DNA from: Eledone cirrhosa
Taxonomy: Eukaryota
Length of the DNA: 64,000 bases
NCBI GenBank assembly: GCA_964016885.1
Contig: CAXHJY010001404.1
Span: 186,001-250,000, forward strand
Direction: 5' to 3'
Numbering within the stretch: the stretch's first letter is position 1; every line of letters begins with the position of its first letter. Under the pieces are notes generated by a model. That model did not search any database. It was not told where the DNA came from and saw only the letters and a program-made list of their open reading frames with translations. The position numbers and the translations under genes were made by a program. Positions 57,826 to 64,000 of the stretch are shown one piece after another.

Positions 57826-58164
57826 GGAGGCATATGGCTTAGTTGTTAGAGCATTGGCCTTGCAATCGAAAGGTTGTGAGTTCAATTCTCAGACCGGGTG
57901 ATGTGTTGTTTCCTTGAACAAGACACTTTATTTCACATTGCTCCAGTTTACTCAGCTGTAGAAATGAGATGATAGCGACTGAAGTCCCTATCATTCCACT
58001 GCAAAGTGGTCGTGGAGGTGCCACGGCAAAAAAGCACCCAGTACTCACTGTAAATGAGGTTGGTGTTAGGAAGGGCATCCAGCTGTAGAAATCAAGCCAG
58101 TATCAGTTCCCGTCCCAACCTTGCAAGCAGGGAAAAAGTGGACGTAAAATGAAATGATGATGAT
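57826..58164 (+). mobile_element. Full-length RTE-tailed tRNA-SINE
   Basis: Near-identical to 6352-6687. Confidence 0.88.
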
Positions 58165-58929
58165 ATATATATAAGCAAAGAGATATTTAATTTGTTGGTT
58201 ATTCAACAAATTTATTTATAACAGATTCGAAGCACTCTACAGAATTCTTCTGGAGTATAATATCAATGATATTAGTAAATGGAAACTATCTTTATAAAAC
58301 CATATTTATTTTATTATATATATTTCAAGGGTACCAAAATTTTCCTATGCTCTACCAATGTATTGAGTACCCTTTTTAACTGTGGTTACCCCTAACACAA
58401 CTCTGGAATCTACATATTATATATATATATTCTATCAAATAATATTCATAACAGTTAGCTGTTTTATATATATGTATATATATAGTTGTAGCTATAACGG
58501 GGCCATCTAGCTCCCAAAATACTGTTCTGTTTTGAGCAAGGTACATTGCAGCCAACCTGCCGGGCCTTTCTTATAACAGTACCACCCAGTTCCATGGTTG
58601 GTGTTAGGAATGGCATCCAGCAACCCCCAAAACCCTGCTAAAATACATTCCTGCTATGAGCAAAGTACGGCATGGCCAACTGGCCAGACTCTCTTCATAA
58701 TGGGGCCACCCAGTTCCATACTGTAAATGAGATTGGTGTTAGGAAGCACAGCCAATAGGCCAGGTTTGTTTCGTAACATGGACGATCTGTCTAACTCATG
58801 CAAGCATGAAAAAAAGACATTAAACACTGGTAATGATGATGATGATGATGATATATGTATCAGGCTGGACAGAAATTCTCACTGTTTTTCAAATCTTTAT
58901 TGACTTGGTAGTTTTTTAACATTAGGAAA

Positions 58930-59225
58930 ATTTTACAAGTGAAAATAATCTCCATCATTCGCAATTACCATTTGACATCATTTAAGAAGACTCACAATTC
59001 CATCTCTGTAAAATTCTTCTGGTTTCAATACAAAAAATTCCGTCAACCAGTGATTTAACTGGTTTTCATTGGTGAAAGTATTACTCATTGAGAGAAAACG
59101 GTGATAGTATGTAGGTGCGAGATCGAGTGAATATAGCGGGTGAGGCAGAACTTCTCAACTTAGTTCCAGCGGCTTCTTTTGCTCACCCTTGATGTATGTG
59201 GCCCAACATTATCATGAAGGAATCA
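58930..59225 (-). pseudogene. Mariner transposase C-terminal relic
   Basis: FLHDNVGPHTS and LELS*EVLPHPLYSLDLAPTYYH correspond to mariner HDNA.PH and WEVLPHPPYSPDLAPSDYH. Confidence 0.8.
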
Positions 59226-59608
59226 AACAGGACCGTGGTGTGGGGGCACCTGTGCAATTTGCGCCACTAATCTGTCAAGTTTATGGTGGTGATTGGTGGG
59301 AGCAGCTGAATAGGACCTTGCAAGGGTGGAGTTAATTTTTGCTTGCTGGTGTGGCACACTCTCTTTAGCAACCGACAATCGCTTGCATTTAACATTAATG
59401 TAGAGGCACAATTTTTCATCACTAGTGTTATGTGATGTTAAAGAGAGCAGGGGCAGTTGGGGTGAGATAGTTTTGTTGTAATATTCTTATGTAATGATAG
59501 AACTCAATGTAGTGTAGATTTGAATATCCCATTGAAGAAAAGTGAAATTTGTTTTTGTAGAAAAGTAGTATCTTATTGCATAGAGCCAGGTATATAATGT
59601 TGAATAAT

Positions 59609-59796
59609 TGTTTCTACTTTAGGCACAAGGCCAGCAAATTAACCAGTGCATTACTGGTACTTTATTTTATCGACCCCGTAAGGATGAAAGGCAAAGTCAA
59701 CCTCGGCGGAATTTGAACTCAGATCGTAAAGGGACGTAACTATGCTGGAAAGCATGGCGTCCGACCCTCTACCGATACTGCCAATCCACCACCCCA
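59609..59796 (-). mobile_element. Nin-domain SINE with target-site duplication of up to 18 bp
   Basis: Reverse complement of 4375-4575; TATATAATGTTGAATAAT at 59591-59608 and 59797-59814. Confidence 0.85.
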
Positions 59797-60071
59797 TATA
59801 TAATGTTGAATAATGAAAACCGATAAGACAAGGTGTCATACTTAATTAATCCATTGCTTTTATGGTTGTTTTAAAGGGGAAAATAAACTAAGATTTTATC
59901 GATATATATTACTAATCAATAGGTTAATACTATGGAATTGCATAACTGCTATCGATTAGTCTATATCGATAAAATCTTAGTTTATATTTCCATTTGAAAT
60001 GACCATAAAACAATGGATTAATTATGTACTTAAACCTTGACTTGTTTATTTTCATTGTCCAACGTTATATA
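59797..60071. mobile_element. Fold-back MITE of about 275 bp (half copy at about 39400-39533)
   Basis: Long imperfect inverted arms, e.g. TAAACTAAGATTTTATCGATATA and TATATCGATAAAATCTTAGTTTA. Confidence 0.75.
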
Positions 60072-61192
60072 CTGTATGTGTATACATACAGATAAAAAAA
60101 GGCATAAACCTGACCACAACACTTAGCGGTTTCTGTATTTATATGTGTATAAACACATACACAATCAGATTTTAAGTGGACCTCCTCTAGATATGTTTCA
60201 GTATTGGTCCTTGTGTGTACATTATTGTAACACACTGGCCACTCATCACTTTGAGAGGAGGTGGGGCAGAATTATGTTTGTTGCATGTGTTCTGTTTGTA
60301 TATATTAGCTTGTTAAGGTATGTGGTACATACATTGTAGGTTCTGTTAGTGTGTAATGTTTCATTATTGTCCAAAGGTATCTTTAAGATAGCTACATTCC
60401 ATCCTTTGCTCCAAATAATAATGATTTCAATAATAGACTCAGCACCACATGTGTGTGGGGTCTCTTATATTGACCTTAGTACTTGACTAATATTTTATTT
60501 TATTGAGTTTAGCAAGATCTATACTCAGAATGTAAAAAGACGTTGACAAAATGCTACGGGACATTTTGTTTGAAGTTTTACTGCGGATGCAAATCAATTG
60601 CCATATAATACTAGTCATCATTTTATGTCCAGTTATCATGTCACTAGCACTAGAGGGTTGTCTCCTACCCTTGTGTCAGTGTTTATTTGGAGTTACTACT
60701 TTCCTAGACAGCTTGTCTACACTGGATTTTTGTGTTCATGACGTTTGGGGGTTTCAGTCTCACTGTTTTGGACATTTGGTGAAGTTCCTTTTACCCTAGC
60801 CTAAGGTTTGTGATTGAAATTGGGTTGAAGGAGACTATCTGTTTGGAAGCCCATCAGATAGATTGTACCTGTAATTCAAAGGTTGGTACTTTAGTAAATA
60901 AATTTTGACTGTGTGGTGTGGCAAGATTGGTAACTTTTGCGTTAACTGTGTTGTGTGACAAGATTGGTAATTTTTGTGTTAAATGCTGAAGTTACGTGCT
61001 CCAACTTCCACAGTTTAATGTAATTCTCCCTATAAAGTTCACATGATCAAACATTCATAACATTTATCATCAAATCCAATGGAAGATCTTTTTTATATTT
61101 TTAAGACTTACGTGGTTGTTGTGATGTGTGTTTATATTAATACCTGTTGTTTGTGGTTAACTCATTCTCTCTCTTTCTCCTTCATTATTCAG

Positions 61193-61273
61193 CAAAGTCA
61201 ATCCCCTGGTCGAAGTAGTGGTGTTAGTTCAACAGGAGCTAAATCTCCCTCTCCACAAGCAATGCAATATTAT
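61193..61273 (+). CDS. TLK: Coding exon of TLK-like gene (QSQSPGRSSGVSSTGAKSPSPQAMQYY)
   Basis: Strong pyrimidine tract and cag acceptor, TAT|gtaagt donor. 81 nt, phase 0-0. SPGRS and SPSP motifs as in TLK1/2. Confidence 0.78.
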
Positions 61274-62109
61274 GTAAGTACATTAATCTCTCTCTTTTTT
61301 TAATGACTGTGATCATGCATAGTATAACCTATCTAGCCAGCTAGCTATGGGCTCTGAACCTCTGGTATCATCTTAGGGGTGCCATTATGAGAAAGATTGA
61401 GAGAATCAGCCCTATTATTGGAACTGGTACAGAATGAATACTGTAAAGTATTCTCTCTGACATATTAGCAGCCCTTCCTATTCCCCGTCTATACTTTGTA
61501 TATATGATATGATAGCTGTAAATTGATTTTTAATTGGTTTTGATTTTTAGATTCTCTTATGTAAAAAAGCATGAAGGTATGTGGCCTAGTGGTATGGGTG
61601 TTGGACTTACGATCATAATGTTGTGGGATCAATTCCTGGGCTGGGCTGTGTGTTGTGTTCTTGAACAAAACACTTCATTTCAGTATACTCAGCTAAAAAT
61701 GAGTACCAGCAATAGCTGATGGTTTAACCCTGTGATAGACTGGCGTTCTGTCCAAGAACTGGTCTTGTACTCTCAGTCGCTTCGCGCTATAAAACCAGGA
61801 GAAGCATCAACCTAACAAGTCTTCTGGCCTGAGACAGGCCTTAGCCTTATGTAAAAGTAAAAATTAGTAATTTTGTTTGTTTTATGAAATTTGCTACAGA
61901 TCACTGATGGTCCATATGGACCATCTTGTGCACCACCACACAAGATCTTCAGCTTAACTCTTTCATTAACATATTTCTATGAAAGACACTGCCTATGATT
62001 TTCAATTAATTATGAAAATAGTCAAGAATTTGGAAGGATTTAGTAACATAACTAATCTTCTTATTAAGCTGGTGTTTGAAACATAACTTAACAATGGTTC
62101 TTATGTAAG

Positions 62110-62535
62110 ATTGATTTCTTTATTAGCCACAAGGGCGCAACAAGAAAGGGGACAATACAAAGACATGCCGGGGATTTTACATACAGTCGTGTAAAAAAAT
62201 ATAAAAACAAACAATTTCAACAATCGAAATCCCCAATAGGGGGGAGACGCCACAAATGGGTTGTTTAATACCCCGTCGATAGAACAACCCTCAACTCAAG
62301 GAGCGTGTTGTGCAAGTGCTCCTTTCTTCCTTTTGCTCTCTTCCTCAACCTACAGGCTTATAAACAGAGAAGGCCCAATCACTCGGGCCATTTTCGCTTC
62401 ATTCACCCACCTTTCAGTAAATTTACTGGGGTGCAGTGCCTCTCTCTCCACCCTGATTCTCCTTCTAAAGTGATACTTAAAGAATGGAATCAATTGTTGT
62501 CCGGAGAGAAAGGCATCTGTCCTCAGTCCTCTCTG
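62110..62535 (-). mobile_element. 3' end of an L1/Tx1-like LINE
   Basis: Minus frame DAFLSGQQLIPFFKYHFRRRIRVEREALHPSKFTERWVNEAKMARV..* then a UTR ending AATAAAGAAATCAATC; interrupts a MITE. Clade assignment is from memory. Confidence 0.5.
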
Positions 62536-62695
62536 AGAAGTTTTTAGATAAATATAAACACTTTAGCTCTTTCATTACTATATTTCTAATGAAAGACACT
62601 ACCTATGATTTTCAATTAATTTTGAAAATAAGTATTTGTAGGGATTTAGTAATATAACTAACTTTCTCATTAAGTTGGTGATGGAACATAACTTA

Positions 62696-62916
62696 ACCCT
62701 TTTGATACCAAACTGCCTGAAACTGGCCTGGATTTATGCTCATTTTAAAATGTTTATTTTTTATATTAAAACCTTCCACCATAACTATTTTTCTTAAGTA
62801 TTATTCTAAATATCAGCTTACTAATGAAAAACTTAGGTATTTTATTAAATTCCTCAAATGTTTGCTTATTTTCAAAATTTACTGAAGCACATGGGCAGTG
62901 TATGGTAATGAAAGGG
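62696..62916. mobile_element. TTAA-flanked piggyBac-type MITE nested in a related MITE
   Basis: ttaa-CCCTTTTGATACCA ... TGGTAATGAAAGGG-ttaa. Confidence 0.8.
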
Positions 62917-62961
62917 TTAACAAAGGTTCTTACATAAAATTATGATGGAAGGTTTTTAGAT

Positions 62962-63246
62962 ATAAAAAGGAATCAGATGTAGTGTACAAGACAGAAGACT
63001 GCACTGGTATGGACGTGTGATGCACACGGATGATACTCGCTAGGTGAAGAAGTGCCAGGAAATACTAGTGGAAAGAAGCCATAGTAGAGGGAGACCTGGG
63101 CAGAGGTGGTGGTTGCTGATCTGAAATCGCTGAATTTCACAGAGATTATGAAAGAACACTACAAGGGGAGGGATGCTGTACTGAAAAAGACACATCCAAC
63201 CCATGTAAGCATGGAAAAACAAATGTAAAATAATGATGATGATGAT
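62962..63246 (+). mobile_element. Old RTE 3' fragment with (ATG)n tail
   Basis: GIRCSVQDRRLHWYGRVMH...GRP, then the tail. Confidence 0.75.
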
Positions 63247-63429
63247 AACAGCAACTTCAAAATAAGTTTCATATAGATTCCAGGGCAGTTTCTAGTATTA
63301 AAAGGGTTTAATTGTTGATATTTTTCACTCTAAATTTGTATTTTTGGTACTTTTTATGGAGGTGAGGCATGTCTTATAGACACTTTGTTTATTTATGTAT
63401 TAAAACTTGTTTCCTTGTTTTCCTTTCAG

Positions 63430-63558
63430 GGTTTTGCCAGTGCATCACCACAGAGTAGTCAGACACAAAGTCATGGTAGTCTGACCAGCTCTGATAGCAT
63501 CACATTTCCAGGGCGATCAGCACCAACGACGACGTGCACATGTTCCAAATCAGCACAG
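63430..63558 (+). CDS. TLK: Coding exon of TLK-like gene (GFASASPQSSQTQSHGSLTSSDSITFPGRSAPTTTCTCSKSAQ)
   Basis: ttttcctttcag acceptor, CAG|gtcagt donor. 129 nt, phase 0-0, no stops. Ends at KSAQ, where TLKs continue K..Q-TDLT into the coiled coil. The gene runs off the window. Confidence 0.75.
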
Positions 63559-64000
63559 GTCAGTCTCTATGCCCCATTAACACACTCACAGACAGGCTCA
63601 CATGCTCACACTCCTGATCTTCTACTATTACATGTCACCCTGGGACAGCATTTCTAAAGAAAGCATTGATAATTATTTAATATCATAATGCAGTGTTGGT
63701 GTCACAATAATACTCTTTTCACTCTGTATGACAGTTGGCATTAGGAAGGACATCCAGTCATAGGAACCATGTCAAATATGGAACATGTGCAATATAAGGT
63801 TGCTCCAACCAATTTTTCAGCATTTGCACTTCTTCTTCGCCCATTTATTCCTGGGAGGGTTGTGCGCGCAGAGTCATCAAACACTCCTCCAGCGGGTCCT
63901 TTCACAAGTAACCGTCTCCAACTGATCTGGCTGGATCTCAAAGTGAGACCAGCCAAGCTTATGAATGTTGTCCAACCATCTTACTCGGGGTCTACCCCCG

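Overview
AT-rich, repeat-dense eukaryotic genomic DNA. It is probably from an octopod cephalopod; this is an inference from the RTE-tailed and Nin-domain tRNA-SINEs and the very long (TA)n tracts. The only host gene I can support is four short, phase-compatible + strand exons (24144-24228, 33845-33909, 61193-61273, 63430-63558). They join into an N-terminal segment resembling Tousled-like kinase (RKRK NLS, KKINEYFK like KISDYFE, SPGRS, SPSP). The rest is intronic or flanking mobilome: a 13-kb nest of RTE LINE copies and SINEs embedded in (TA)n, an internally deleted Gypsy-like LTR element with intact termini and TSD, TTAA-flanked, hAT-like and Tc1-like MITEs, mariner, Penelope-like and L1/Tx1-like relics, and several minisatellites. 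The most striking signal, read by eye, is about ten hammerhead-ribozyme motifs from at least six sequence families. They include a 295-bp near-perfect palindrome with a U3-A8 variant hammerhead in each arm, and a duplicated element whose ribozyme stem III is itself a (TA)n run. Most ORFs in the supplied track are microsatellite artefacts.
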